A stretch of DNA of 64,000 bases from Eledone cirrhosa (taxonomy: Eukaryota). Under the pieces are notes generated by a model. It ran no database searches. It was not told the DNA's origin and saw only the letters and a list, made by a program, of their open reading frames with translations. This document shows, piece by piece, positions 33,883 to 48,190 of this stretch. The stretch spans positions 2,790,001 through 2,854,000 of the forward strand of contig OZ024751.1 in NCBI GenBank assembly GCA_964016885.1, written 5' to 3'. The translations under genes were made by a program, and so were the position numbers. Within the stretch, counting starts at the first letter, position 1. Each line of letters begins with the position of its first letter.

Positions 33883-35575
33883 CTACATTTTAAATTTATA
33901 TTTATATTTAAATGTTGAGTTTAATCTATGTCTGCAGCAACTGAATAAATTATTCCTTAAGTTCAGGGAATTTTTGGTTGTTAATATAAAGAATATTTCC
34001 TCTATACAAAGATCGCAATTTTCTGAAGAGAAATTAAAAGGAGTAGCTTCTGAAATAATATTCCAAATCAACGAATATTCAACGTTCTCTAGTTTTAGGT
34101 CCCATAATAGGCTAGATAGAGAAGTTGAAGATTTTTTGTTTGGATCTGTAAAAGAATTTTTATGATTATTTTAGCGGGATTTAAACTCTGTGGAGGTAGA
34201 TCCCACATAATTAAATGAATTTAAATTAGTTTTTACATTATAATTATATACCACATTGCTAAGCAATTGTTATTTAACGGACAGTTAGATTTATTTCTAG
34301 TTACATTTATCAGATTGAATATTGCTTGGGTTATTATTGGCATTTTGGTTAGGTTTTAAATTTCTATTATTAATTCTATTAATATTTTGCGCTAAATTTT
34401 TGGTGGAAGAATAAGTTAATTTTATAGTATGTCTATTAAAAATTGAGTAATATCTATGTGTTCTATGGAAGCATTTGTCAAGAGCTTTAAAAAATAGTTT
34501 AGCAATAGGGGTTTTAATATTTAATGAGAAAGGAGGAGCGAACCATAATATGTTCCTAGTTCTATTTCTTTTTCGGCTTTCGGAATTAATGTAAGGTTTT
34601 CTATTATAGTTGTTAAAATTGTTACCATAGTTAAAATTGTTACGATCATGGTTAGTTGTTATATTATTATTATTATCGATGTATTTAATTTTATTTCTAT
34701 ACCCAGCTCTACCTAACGCTTCGTTGTAATAATGCGCTTTTTCATCAAATATATTCTTATTAGCTGAAATTCTCGAAATTCGTTCTTGTACAGAGTTCAC
34801 TATAATATTTTTAACGGTTCTGGGGTGATTAGAGTTAAAATTGACATAATTTAAGTTCTCATTTAGTTTGTGAAATGGATAATGAAGACGTGTTAAGATT
34901 TAGTGTTACATCTAGAAAATTGACTATTTTATGGTTATTCTCTATTTCTACTTTTAGATTAAGGTAATTAAAAAATTGTATAATTTGTTTTCTTTTTCTA
35001 TTTAGTTCACAGTTATTATTTTCTATAAGTAAAAGCATGTCGTCACGATATAAACCTCCGGTTACCTCAGGTATTTTTCTATGTAGAGAATTAATTATAA
35101 ATAGGCCCACAAGATCCGTTACCTGAGCGGAGTCGGAAGATCCCATAGTTATGTCGAAATTATTATTTCTATCTGCCCTAGTCCAGAGTTGGTTATTAAA
35201 TTCTATTAATGTTTTCCGTGCCGATAATATAATGTGCATTTCATTGCTAGTTATGTCTGTATGTTTAAATGCGTAAGATAGTGCCTTATTCAGTAGATTA
35301 GGAGTGATAGATGAGTAATAGTTAGCAATATCCAACTGAATAAACTTATTATTATAGTTATATTTAATTTCTTTAAACCAATCGATAACTTCACTAGTTC
35401 CTTTCCATAATTTTAAATAAGATAAATTAGATAAATTCTTAATTTGTGGTATTATTCTGTCCAGAATATTTTTGCTAAGTCTGCCAAGGTCCGATTTAGA
35501 TGGTGCAATTAATCTGACTGGTAAACCAGTTTCGAAGTTCCTTTTATGATCCTTCATATTAATCTTAGGTTTCCT
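33883..35575 (-). pseudogene. Naiad PLE RT + GIY-YIG with frameshifts and stops
   Basis: MKDHKRNF, PVRLIAPSKS, FIQLDIANYY, ITMGSSDS, LYRDD, CDLCIEE, CCRH. Confidence 0.9.
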
Positions 35576-36127
35576 TTTTGTATGTATTTTTGCGTGTGTG
35601 TACGTGTTATATGATATGTAGTTCTCTAGAAATATATGGATTCTTAATGTATAGATCCCAATTTTTAATATATTGATCTCAATTTTTAAATGATTAACTA
35701 AACATCTAATCATATTTAAACAATGATTAATTTCTCATATTATATGCGTATATTCCATTCATGATTATTAACATTTCTAATTTTATTTATTCATTTCATC
35801 TCAATTGTTAAGTTAACTCAACAAGATATGACTTAGAATTTTCGTTCTCTCCCCTTCTCTCTGTCTCCTCTCTCTATCTATATCTTTCTCTCTCTGTTGT
35901 TTTGATATCTCTCTCTCTTTTCTCTTTTTTCTTTCTCTCTCTCTTTTTCTCTCTCTCCTTCTTTTTCTTTCTCTGTAACCCAACGGCTTATTTTAAAAAT
36001 AAAAATAAAAATATCCAATACTAATAATAATATAAGTAAACAACTCCACTATCTGGGAGCTTCCAACAGTAATGGTTGCATTTTTTAAGGGTATGTCAAT
36101 ATTTATTTATAAAACTGATCTATATTA

Positions 36128-36192
36128 TATTTTGTCTGATGAAAGTTTACCATAATTTAACTTGGTGTCCTTGAAATATGTATAATGAAATA
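36128..36192 (+). ncRNA. Type I hammerhead in inverted pLTR
   Basis: CUGAUGA 36136-36142; stem II aag/ctt plus tacca/tggtg; GAAA 36173-36176; UA 36183-36184. Confidence 0.78.
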
Positions 36193-36464
36193 AATATGGT
36201 TTTATAAATATAGTTTCCATTTGTTAATATCGTATATATATAAATATATATATATATATGAAAAATATGAATAAATGAAAATAGAGAAATTAATGTGAGC
36301 AAGAAGCCAACATATATATATATATATGAGAGGGGGAAAGAGGAGATATATATACGTGAGGGGGCTGTTGTGTATATATGGGTGAAGGAAAGAGGTAGTA
36401 ATGCTGCAGTGTTTTGGTAAACTTCCAACAATAATGAAGTGGATGCGGACATATCACTGGCGTA

Positions 36465-39340
36465 ACTGGTGCTGGTGGTGGTGATGGTGTGGTGGTGGTG
36501 TTGTGGTGGTGTGGTGGTGGTGGTGGTGTTGTGGTGGTGTTGTGATGTTGTGGTGTTGTGGTGGTGTTGTTGTGGTGGTGGTGGTGGTGTTGTGGTGGTG
36601 GTGGTGGCGGTGGTGGTGTTGTGGTGGTGTTGCTGTGGTGTGGTGGTGGTGTTGTGGTGGAGGTGTGGTCTGGTGGTTGTGGTTGTGTTGTTGTGGTGGT
36701 GGTGTGGTGGTGGTGGTGGTGGTGTTGTTGTGGTGGTGGTGGTGGTGTGGTGGTGGTGGTGGTGTTGTAGTGGTGGTTGTGGTGGTGTTGCTGTGGTGTG
36801 GTGGTGGTGGTGCTGCTGGCGTTGTTGTTGTTATGGTGGTGGTGGTGTTGTGGTGGTGTTGTTCTGGTGGTGGTAGTGCTGGTGTTGTTGGAGTGGTGGT
36901 GGTGGTGGTTGTGTTGTTCTGGTGGTGGTAGTGGTTGTGTTGTTCTGGTGGTGGTGGTGGTGGTGGTGATGTCGTTGTTGTGGTGGTGGTGTCGTTGTGG
37001 TTGTGGTGGTAGTGGTGTCGTTGGGGTGGTGGTGGTGTCGTTGTTGTTGTGCTGGTGTTGTTGTTGTGGTGGTGGTGTCGTTGTTGTGGTAGTGGTGTTG
37101 TTGTTATGGTGGTGGTGTCGTTGTTGTGGTGGTGGTGTCGTATTGTGGTAGTGGTGTCGTTGTTGTGGTGGTAGTGGTGTCGTTGTTGTGGTGGTGGTGT
37201 CGTTGTTGTGGTGGTGGTGTTGTTCTTGTTGTGGTGGTGTTGTTGTTCTTGTGGTGGTAGTGGTGTCGTTGTTGTGGTGGTAGTGGTGTCGTTGTGGTGG
37301 TGGTGTCGTTGTTGTGGCGGTGGTGTCGTTATTGTGGTGGTGGTGTCGTTGTTGTGGTGGGGGTGTTGTTCTTGTTGTGGTGGTGTTGTTGTTCTTGTGG
37401 TGGTAGTGGTGTCGTTGTTGTGGTGGTGGTGTCGTTGTTGTGGTGGTGGTGTCGTTGTTGTGGTAGTGGTGTCGTTGTTGTGGTGGTGGTTGTGTTGTTC
37501 TTGTTGTGGTGGTGTTGCTGTTCTGGTGGTGGTAGTGGTGTCGTTGTTGTGGTGGTGACGTTGTTGTGGTGGTGGTGTCGTTGTTGTGGTAGTGGTGTCG
37601 TTGTTGTGATGGTGGTGGTGTTGTTCTTGTTGTGGTGGTAGTGGTGTCGTTGTGGTGGTAGTGGTGTCGTTGTTGTGGTGGTGGTGTCGTTGTTGTGGTT
37701 GTGGTGTCGTTGTTGTGGTGGTGGTTGTGTTGTTCTTGTTATGGTGGTGGTGTCGTTGTTGTGGTAGTGGTGTTGTTGTTGTGGTTGTGGTGTCGTTGTT
37801 GTGGTGGTGGTGGTGTTGTTCTTGTTGTGGTGGTGTTGTTGTTCTGGTGGTGGTAGTGGTGTCGTTGTTGTGGTGGTGACGTTGTTGTGGTGGTGGTGTC
37901 GTTGTTGTGGTAGTGGTGTCGTTGTTGTGATGGTGGTGGTGTTGTTCTTGTTGTGGTGGTAGTGGTGTCGTTGTGGTGGTAGTGGTGTCGTTGTTGTGGT
38001 GGTGGTGTCGTTGTTGTGGTTGTGGTGTCGTTGTTGTGGTGGTGGTTGTGTTGTTCTTGTTATGGTGGTGGTGTCGTTGTTGTGGTAGTGGTGTTGTTGT
38101 TGTGGTTGTGGTGTCGTTGTTGTGGTGGTGGTGGTGTTGTTCTTGTTGTGGTGGTGTTGTTGTTCTGGTGGAGGTAGTGGTGTCGTTGTTGTGGTGGTGG
38201 TGTTGTGGTGGTGGTGGTGTCGTTGTTGTGGTGGTGGTGGTGTCGTTGTTATGGTGGTGGTGGTGTCGTTGTGGTGGTGGTGGTGTCGTTGTTGTGGTGG
38301 TGGTGGTGGTGTCGTTGTTGTTGTGGTGGTGGTGTTGTTCTTGTTGTGGTGGTGTTGTTGTTCTGGTGGTGTTATGGGGGTTTTGTGGTTGTGGTTGTGT
38401 TGTAGTGGTCGTGGTAGTGGTGGTGTAGATGGTGGTGTTGGTACTGCTGGTGCTGGTGGTGATGGTGGTGTTGATGCTGGTGGTGGTATTGTTGTTGTTG
38501 TTGTTGGTGGTGGTGTTAGTGGTGTTGGTGCTGCTTGTGGTGGTGTTGGTGTTGCTGTTGGTGGTGGTGTTGGTGGTGTTCGTGCTGCTGGTGGTGTTGT
38601 TGGTGGTTATGGTGTTTGTCGTGTTGTTGTTGTCGTGGTGGTGGTGGTGTTGTTGGTGTTGTGGTGGTGGTGTATTGGTAGTGGTGTTGTTGTGGTGGTG
38701 TTGTTGTTGTTGTGGTGGTGGTGTTGTTGTTGTTGTGTTGTTGTTGTTGTGGTGGTGGTGTTGTTGTTGTGGTGGTGGTGGTGTGGCAGTGTTGTTGTTG
38801 TTGTGGTGGTGGTGGTTGTGGTGTTGTGGTGGTGGTGTTGATGGTGGTGGTGGTGGTGTTGTTGTTTGCTTTTGTGGTGGTGGTGGTGGTTGTGTTGGTG
38901 GTAGTGGTTTTTTTTGGTAGTGGTGTAACAAGTGGTGACGATGGTGGTGTTGTTGGTAGTGGTTTACCTAGTAGTGGTGGTGTTGTTAATGACACTACCA
39001 CCACCACCACAAATAGCAACAGCAACCAGACCAACAACCCCACCACCACCACTTACCCCAGCACCAACAACAACCCTACCACCACCACCACCAACATCAA
39101 CAACAACAACAACAACAACACCACCACCAACACCTCCAACACCATCAGCACCATAACCACCAACAACACAACCACCACCTCCACCGCGAACATCACCACC
39201 ACCACCACGACCAGCACCACCACCTCGATCACCACCACTATTAACACCAACACCACCAATACCACCAACACCACTACTACCACCACAAACACCACCACCA
39301 CCACCACCACCAACAACACCAACACCAACTCCAGCAACAA
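36465..39340. repeat. ~2.9-kb (GTG/GTT)n trinucleotide field with a 321-bp higher-order duplication and a strand flip to (CAC/CAA)n at ~38990
   Basis: Direct inspection; 37652 and 37973 begin identical blocks. Confidence 0.92.
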
Positions 39341-39806
39341 CGGCGTTGAAAATGAAGGTAAATATTGTTTTCCATCTAAACTATAATAAAGTAAGGAATG
39401 CGGGACTGCACCCAGAATATATTTGCTTATCCCGTTTGTAAAATAAGTTGGATTTCTTTGAATAAACAATGAATGAATATTACATAATTTATATTAAATT
39501 TCGTTATTCTTGATTAAATACAAATAATTTTGTTGCTTATTTATGATTCACTTCTTTAAAATGTTCAAATATCAACACTTCCAGTTAGCGATCGCTTAAA
39601 TAAACATTCATATATTTCCGTCACTAATTTTCTCCTAATGCAGTTTATATATAATATCGTCTTTGTAAGACAGTGTAACGCAGTCTTCGTTCAATTTCTG
39701 TGTATATTGTCAATTACGATTTTATTTGATGTATCATATATACATGCATATATACTTGCGTATAATATCAATATGTACACTACACATGCTAGCAGAAAAA
39801 CCACCA

Positions 39807-40350
<544 letters not shown>

Positions 40351-40757
40351 GGTTATATATATATGCGTATGTACGTATGTATATATATATGTATATATGT
40401 ACATGTATGTATATATTTGTATATATGTATGTGTGTATGTACCATTATGTATGTTTGTTGTGTGTGCGTGTGTGTATGTGTGTGTACGTGTGTAAGTGGG
40501 CGCGTGTGTGAATATGCTTGTCGACACCTGGAATATATATTAAGAGAAACTTCACAATAAGGGGAATCACCCCAACACTTGAATCTGTTGATGGAACCCT
40601 TTCTGCCTTTGTTAATATTATAGCTTTTAAGAATTAGCTTTTAATGAGCTCCCTTTTCTTTAAATCCATCAACCAATGATCTCCACCCATTCCAATCACC
40701 ACCCTCCCCTACCACCAGAAAGAAAAGATATAAATACCACCACTTACTGGGACAGCC

Positions 40758-40808
40758 AGCTTCCTGATGATTTCTCACGAATGAAACAGTTCTAGTCCTG
40801 TAGAAGCT
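40758..40808 (+). ncRNA. Type I hammerhead
   Basis: Stem I agcttc/gaagct; CUGAUGA 40764-40770; stem II ttc-tcac-gaa; GAAA 40783-40786; stem III cag/ctg; GUA. Confidence 0.85.
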
Positions 40809-40846
40809 CTTCTATTTTAAAACTTATATATATATATATATATATA

Positions 40847-41414
40847 TGGTGGCTACCAACTCGTTTTAGAGTACGGCCACTACTTTATATCCATGTAGGA
40901 GAACCCCTACCGATACGCTGAACGAGTGTGACTTTTTAGTCCAGCCAGCGACTTGAAAACTCTGGTACAAACACTACACTTGTGACAATTATTGACACAT
41001 AGTGCTGGGCCCATGGCACCATGTGAGGACAAGTGCAGTGAGATCTCCAGATATAAAGCAATGCCTGTGCCATGAAGCTTTTATAGTGAGCAAAGGCACT
41101 GCACAAAGCCAGTCCCACTCTCTTAACCAAGATGATATTTACCAAAAAGTCAACATCATTGGATACCATCAGGGTTGCAGGTGTTATATCAGAGTTTTCC
41201 TCCTCCTAGAATTCTGCCTTGACAAGGGCTAAGGGGTCGTCTCTCCCGGTGATTTCGGATGGCCATTGACTCTTAAGAGCTCCTTTGCCCTTTGCCCTTT
41301 GATAGGTTTTGTTTTTAGTCCTGCAGGATGTCCAAAGTCACCCTAATCACCAAGAAACCTTGGCGGAGTTGCCAGTTTAGTCCCCAACAACCCGACCTGA
41401 CATGCGTACATACA

Positions 41415-41450
<36 letters not shown>

Positions 41451-43655
41451 TGTATGTATGTATGTATGTATGTATGTATGTATGTATGTATGTATGTATG
41501 TATGTCAGGTCACCAGTTGGTGCTACTGGTAACATGTATCCCAGTACAACCTGTCTCATGGTCGGGTCGTTGGCGACTAAACTGGCAACCCCACCAAGGT
41601 TTCTTGGTGAGGAGGGTGACTTTGGACATCCTGCAGGACTAAAAACAAAACCTGTAAAAGGGCAAAGGAGCTCTTAAGAGTCAATGGCCATCCAAAATCA
41701 CCGGGAGAGATGACCCCTTAGCCTTTGTCAAGGCAGAATTCTAGGAGAAGGAAAACTCTGATATAACACCTGCAACCCTGATGGTATCCAATGATGTTGA
41801 CTTTTTGGTAAATATCATCTTGGTTAAGAGAGTGGGACTGGCTTTGTGCAGTGCCTTTGCTCACTATAAAAGCTTCACGGCACAGGCATTGCTTTATATC
41901 TGGAGATCTCTCTGCACTTGTCCTCACATGGTACCATGGGCCCAGCACTATGTGTCAATAATTGTCACAAGTGTAGTGTTTGTACCAGAGTTTTGAAGTC
42001 GCTGGCTGGACTAAAAAGTCACACTCGTTCAGCGCTTCGGTAGGGGTTCTCCTACATGGATATAAAGTAGTGGCCGTACTCGAAAACGAGTTGGCAGCCA
42101 CCATGTATGTATGTATGTATGTATGTATGTATGTATGTATGTATGTATGTCAGGTCACCAGTTGGTGCTACTGGTAACATGTATCCCAGTACAAACTGTT
42201 TCATGGACGGGTCGTTGGCGACTAAACTGGCAACCCCACCAAGTTTTCTTGGTGAGGAGGGTGACTTTGGACATCCTGCAGGACTAAAAACAAAACCTGT
42301 CAAAGGGCAAAGGAGCTCTTAAGAGTCAATGGCCATCCAAAATCATCGGGAGAGATGACCCCTTAGCCTTTGTCAAGGCAGAATTCTAGGAGAAGGAAAA
42401 CTCTGATATAACACCTGCAACCCTGATGATATCCAATGATGTTGACTTGTTCTTCTTTTTGGTAAATATCATCTTGGTTAAGAGAGTGGGACTGGCTTTG
42501 TGCAGTGCCTTTGCTCACTATAAAAGCTTCACGGCACAGGCATTGCTTTATATCTGGAGATCTCTCTGCACTTGTCGTCACATGGTACCATGGGCCCAGC
42601 ACTGTGTGTCAATAATTGTTACAGGTGTAGTGTTTGTACCAGAGTTTTCAAGTCGCTGGCTGAACTCCCATCGGTAGGGGTTCTCCTACATGGATATAAA
42701 GTAGTGGCCGTACTCGAAAACGAGTTGGCAGCCGCCATGTATGTATGTATGTATGTATGTATGTATGTATGTATGTATGTATGTATGTATGTATGTATGT
42801 ATGTATGTATTATGTCAGGTCACCAGTTGGTGCTACTGGTAACATGTATCCCAGTACAACCTGACTCATGGTCGGGTCGTTGGCGACTAAACTGGCAACC
42901 CCACCAAGGTTTCTTGGTGAGGAGGGTGACTTTGGACATCCTACAGGACTAAAAACAAAACCTGTCAAAGGGCAAAGGAGCTCTTAAGAGTCAATGGCCA
43001 TCCAAAATCACCGGGAGAGATGACCCCTTAGCCTTTGTCAAGGCAGAATTCTAGGAGAGGGAAAACTCTGATATAACACCTGCAACCCTGATGGTATCCA
43101 ATGATGTTGACTTGTTCTTCTTTTTGGTAAATATCATCTTGGTTAAGAGAGTGGGACTGGCTTTGTGCAGTGCCTTTGCTCACTATAAAAGCTTCACGGC
43201 ACAGGCATTGCTTTATATCTGGAGATCTCTCTGCGCTTGTCATCACATGGTACCATGGGCCCAGCCTTTGTCAAGGCAGAATTCTAGGAGATGGAAAACT
43301 CTGATATAACACCTGCAACTCTGATGGTATCCAATGATGTTGACTTGTTCTTCTTTTTGGTAAATATCATATTGGTTAAGAGAGTGGGACTGGCTTTGTG
43401 CAGTGCCTTTGCTCACTATAAAAGCTTCACGGCACAGGCATTGCTTTATATCTGGAGATCTCTCTGCACTTGTCATCACATGGTACCATGAGCCCAGCAC
43501 TATGTGTCAATAATTGTCACAAGTGTAGTGTTTGTACCAAAGTTTTCAAGTCGCTGGCTGGACTAAAAAGTCACACTTGTTCAGCGCATCGGTAGGGGTT
43601 CTCCTACATGGATATAAAGTAGTGGCCGTACTCGAAAACGAGTTGGCAGCCACCA
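40847..43655 (+). mobile_element. Array of a ~600-bp RTE-like non-autonomous element: inverted copy 40847-41399 and tandem copies 41506-42103, 42151-42737, 42816-43655, separated by (TATG)n
   Basis: High mutual identity; RTE-5'UTR-like ctaggagaaggaaaactctg; (TGTA)n tails; ~233-bp internal duplication in the third copy. Confidence 0.8.
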
Positions 43656-43721
43656 TGTATGTATGTATGTATGTATGTATGTATGTATGTATATATGTAT
43701 GTATGTATATATATATATATG

Positions 43722-43784
<63 letters not shown>

Positions 43785-43786
<2 letters not shown>

Positions 43787-44960
43787 CAATTGTTTGGAAA
43801 GAGAGATATATTTTAACTTTAATTATATCTCGTAAAATAATACAACTGGCTTTTCCACATAATACATATTGTTAGCACCCCAAACACTTAAATTGGGTTT
43901 ATATTAAAATATAACCTAATGTTTGTTGAGTGAGATGGTTACCAGTCAGAGATTAGCTTTAAACTATCTCTGTTATTGTATTAATATTTTACTCTTGATT
44001 GGCCAGAGGTGTTTATTTCGAGGTACCTTATAAATTTGACTTTCGTATTTATTACTGTTGTGCGTTATTGTGGTTTCTATTGGTTGTAACTTCTCTGTTT
44101 TTAGCCTAAAAAAATATATATATGCCTATGTATATAATTACATGCATACATTTATTTTTTTTTAATTAATTGAGTTCTTTACACGAGGAATTGATATTAG
44201 TTTTGAAATAACTAATTAACCCGCATGTGTTTTATATTTTACTCTTAATTCGGCCGGAGATTTACATTCCCATTTGCCCTTTAAAACATAACTTTCCGTA
44301 TTTACTACGGTTACGAGATGCGCTTTCTTATTCAGGTACAACCTCTGATTTTAGCCTAAGAAAATATCTATATGCGTGTGTAATTTATACACGCATATAT
44401 TTATTTTTTTAATTTCAATTGAGTTCTTAACACGTTGGATTGATAATGTTTTCGAAAAAACTGATTAACCCGCGTGTATATTATTTTTTTCCTCCTTTCG
44501 TGGATCGTAGTTGTCTCCCCTTCCCGCTTAGTGACGCTATGATACTTCCTCAGTCAAAAACTGCTGGAATTTCAAATTTGCCGGTCATTCGATGCGGGAA
44601 GGAGCAACTTAACAGACACGATTTTTAACTCTGGTAAGAAATGATTTTTTTATATCAAAGTTTAATGGGGTTCCACTGATGATTTATAAGCGCCCACCTA
44701 AATATATTCTTACATGAATGTATATTAGGCTTCTGCATATACTGGAAATATTCTCCGAATTTGTAGAAAACTTATAATGAAACAATTGTTTGGAAAGAGA
44801 GATATATTTTAACTTTAATTATATCTCGTAAAATAATACAACTGGCTTTTCCACATAATACATATTGTTAGGGTTTATGTTAAAATATAACCTAATGTTT
44901 GTTGAGTGAGATGGTTACCAGTCAGAGATTAGCTTTAAACTATCTCTGTTATTGTATTAA
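43785..44960 (+). mobile_element. Retrozyme/pLTR-like non-coding element: 996-nt unit plus ~180-nt terminal repeat, in (TA)n
   Basis: 43785-43984 is repeated at 44781-44959; internal repeat ~44100-44230 vs ~44350-44480; hammerhead 44671-44795. Confidence 0.78.
44671..44795 (+). ncRNA. Type I hammerhead with ~95-nt stem II domain
   Basis: Stem I ttcca/tggaa; CUGAUGA 44676-44682; stem II ttataag/cttataa; GAAA 44779-44782; palindromic CAAUUG; UU. Confidence 0.8.
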
Positions 44961-44962
44961 AA

Positions 44963-45014
<52 letters not shown>

Positions 45015-45078
45015 TATATATGTATGTATGTATGTATATATATATATATATACATGCATACATATATATATATGTATG

Positions 45079-45130
<52 letters not shown>

Positions 45131-45131
45131 A

Positions 45132-45167
<36 letters not shown>

Positions 45168-45309
45168 ATGTTTTTATATACACACTCATACACATATACA
45201 CATATACACATATGTTTATGTGTGAGTATATATATATATTTATATATATATATATGTATGTATATATATATATGTATATATGTATATATATATATATACA
45301 TATATATAT

Positions 45310-45706
45310 AAGTATGTATATGTACATACATATATGTATACAGACGTACAGTAGTATGTATATACATACATGCACACGTGCATATATGTACGTATGGCTT
45401 TACCGAAGATTTATTATAATGTTCGGTTTGTTTGTAAACAAACAGCCCGAATTAAGCCATACAGTGTTCGACAACCATCGTTACCCTTTTATTCAACACT
45501 GGCAAAGGAACGATGAACTAGTTTCTAGCTTATTAGCTGTCACCAGCACCGTATACCTTCCTATCAGTCGATTGAACGTTTGAAGGTATATACTTTCCTT
45601 ATGCATATTAATGGCTGAGCAGCCTAATTTGCATATCGAGTGAGTTAGTCGACCGAGCGTACCGAAAACGATAATTGGAAAAAATGAAATTTCATTTCTC
45701 ACTCTT
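45310..45706 (-). mobile_element. Diverged copy of the 27948 family; hammerhead 45510-45552 with A6G core change
   Basis: acggtg-CUGGUGA-c-agct-aata-agct-a-GAAA-CUAG-UU-catcgt. Confidence 0.75.
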
Positions 45707-45776
45707 ATATGTATATATATATTTATATATGTATATATATGTATATATATGTATATATATATATGTATATATATAG

Positions 45777-45809
<33 letters not shown>

Positions 45810-45834
45810 CATATATATACATATATATATATAC

Positions 45835-45914
<80 letters not shown>

Positions 45915-46071
45915 ATATATATATATGTATATATGTATATATGTATATATATATATGTATATATGTATATATATATATATGTATGTATATATATATGTGT
46001 GTGTATATATATATATATGTATGTATATATGTATATATGTATATATATATATATATGTATATATGTATATA

Positions 46072-46145
<74 letters not shown>

Positions 46146-46148
46146 TAT

Positions 46149-46190
<42 letters not shown>

Positions 46191-46363
46191 ATATATGATA
46201 TATATGTATATATGTATATAAGTCTATATATATATGTATATATGTATATATATATATAAATGTAATCTGCTAATATGCAAATCAGGCCGATCAGTCACTG
46301 TGTATTTTTGAAAATAGCATATATTTTCACTAGCTCTGACAGTTTGGCAGGTGAACAGTGAGA

Positions 46364-46405
46364 TGTACTGATGAAGGGTCATGCCCAGAAACATTAGTGT
46401 CTGCA
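46364..46405 (+). ncRNA. Type I hammerhead
   Basis: Stem I tgta/tgca; CUGAUGA 46368-46374; stem II gggt/gccc; GAAA 46388-46391; stem III cat-ta-gtg; GUC. Confidence 0.82.
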
Positions 46406-46555
46406 GTTCTGTTCGCATGCCAACACAAGAGCAAGAATGAAGTGTTCATTCTACTAACATGGCTATAACATTGAGGCTTGTTTGCATAATTGCAAACGAA
46501 TCGAATGTTATTATTAATATTCGAAAACGGCCTTTGTGACCAATAAATGAAATCA

Positions 46556-47780
46556 TCTCTATATATATAAAACGGAAGATGTCTGTCTGTGTGTGTGTAT
46601 GATTTTGTATGCATTTCCAGATTTCTCTACCGATTTTGATGATTTTTTCCAATGTACTCCACATTTACCAAGGATGGTCAACGCGTAATAAACTTTGCGA
46701 AATATTTCCTGTTTCTATGAAAAAATATCGATAAAACTAAATACATGCTGTAACCCTCTCTCTTACACGTTTAATTCCTCTCACTACTACCCTAAAAAAA
46801 TCTATGAAACTACATACATGTTGCAACTCTCTCTCTATATATAAATCACACACACACACATATACATATACATCTAAAGAGAGAAAGGGAGATGTAGAGA
46901 GAGAGAGTGTGATAGGTCGTTATGCAGAGAGAGGTACAAGATAATCAGATAGAGCGAGAGAGAGAGAATGGCGACGAACGCTGGTTCACACACACACACA
47001 CACACACACAAAGAGAGAAAGAGATCTGCGCGTTCTTTATTGTTCTCCATTCTGTAGAGGAAGAGAGAGAGAGGGGGTATGAGTGAGAGATAAAGAGAAA
47101 GAGAGAGAGATGGTATGAGTAAGAGAGAGAGGGTATGAGAAAAAAGGGAGAGGGGTTGAGAAAGAAAGAAAGTTTAAGCAAAGAATCGCTGCTTTAAACA
47201 TTAACGGGATCTTCTTAAACTAAAAAATTCAATCTGTGAACGCAGAATTAAATGTTTCGCGAAACGTTGCAACCGAAGGAAAACAGGAAGACGATATTTT
47301 GGTTCGTGAAGACGTTCCGTGGTAATGAACGGAAAAAAAGCGAGGATAATACGTCGTTATGTGGACCGAGAAGAACAATGTCATGCAAAGACGAGACTAA
47401 GTTTATGGTATAAATGGAGTCGTTAGACTAATATTCTATTTAAAATAACCGAATGATTTCCAGCCCCGGAGTTTAAGAATGATGTAAATAAAATTGTAAA
47501 CGAAAATGACAGGTTATTAAAATAGTTGTTTCTACTTTTGGCACAAGACCAACATTACTGGTACTTTATTTTATCAACCCTGTAAGGATGAATGGCAAAG
47601 TTAACCTCGACGGGATTTTAACTTTGCCTTAAAATAATAAAATAAATAGTGAAGATTTAGGCCAGTACATACGTATACGCCGACGTACATAGACATACAT
47701 ATACATAAGCACACACAAATACATTGTAACTTTAACACAGCTACTGAGCAGCCCCGAGCAACGCCGGGCTTTACTGCTAT
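46556..47780 (+). mobile_element. Non-autonomous Helitron with an internal SINE fragment (~47525-47625, minus)
   Basis: 5' TCTCTATATATATAAAA followed by (GTCT)n; 3' hairpin cccgagcaacgccggg then ctgcta. Confidence 0.6.
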
Positions 47781-48115
47781 AGGCGATAAAGTTGTGCAGA
47801 CAGACAGTCGTGCAGAGAGGTGATATAGGGCATAAAGTTGTGCAGATAGACAGTCGTGTAGAGAGGTGATAGGTGATAAAATTGCATTTTTGTTTTTGTT
47901 TTTCATGTCCATCCAATTTTTTGTTTCAAAATAACTGATGGTTTGGTTGTTGCAGTATTCACATTTTCGATTTTTGTTAATAGATTACCAGTGCAGTTTT
48001 TATTCGCAGCATCCTCTTTTGTTTTAACATACTGTTGATTGAAGGAATATTAATCAAAAGTACCACATGAAAGTCTACACTGTACATGTACTCAGATTAC
48101 ATTTATTGTATTCAA

Positions 48116-48190
<75 letters not shown>

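Larger units (their letters stand above)
32060..36222 (-). mobile_element. Naiad-type PLE, 5'-truncated, inverted pLTR arms (32168-32893 and 35577-36222)
   Basis: The arms are reverse complements; disrupted RT-EN ORF between them; close relative of the 12220-16600 element. Confidence 0.9.

Noticed and set aside
36454-39386. 825-aa His/Thr/Pro-rich ORF and Thr/Asn-rich ORF ending near a possible GAAG|gtaaat donor
   Set aside because: Trinucleotide repeats are stop-free by composition; there is no acceptor, domain or neighbouring exon support.
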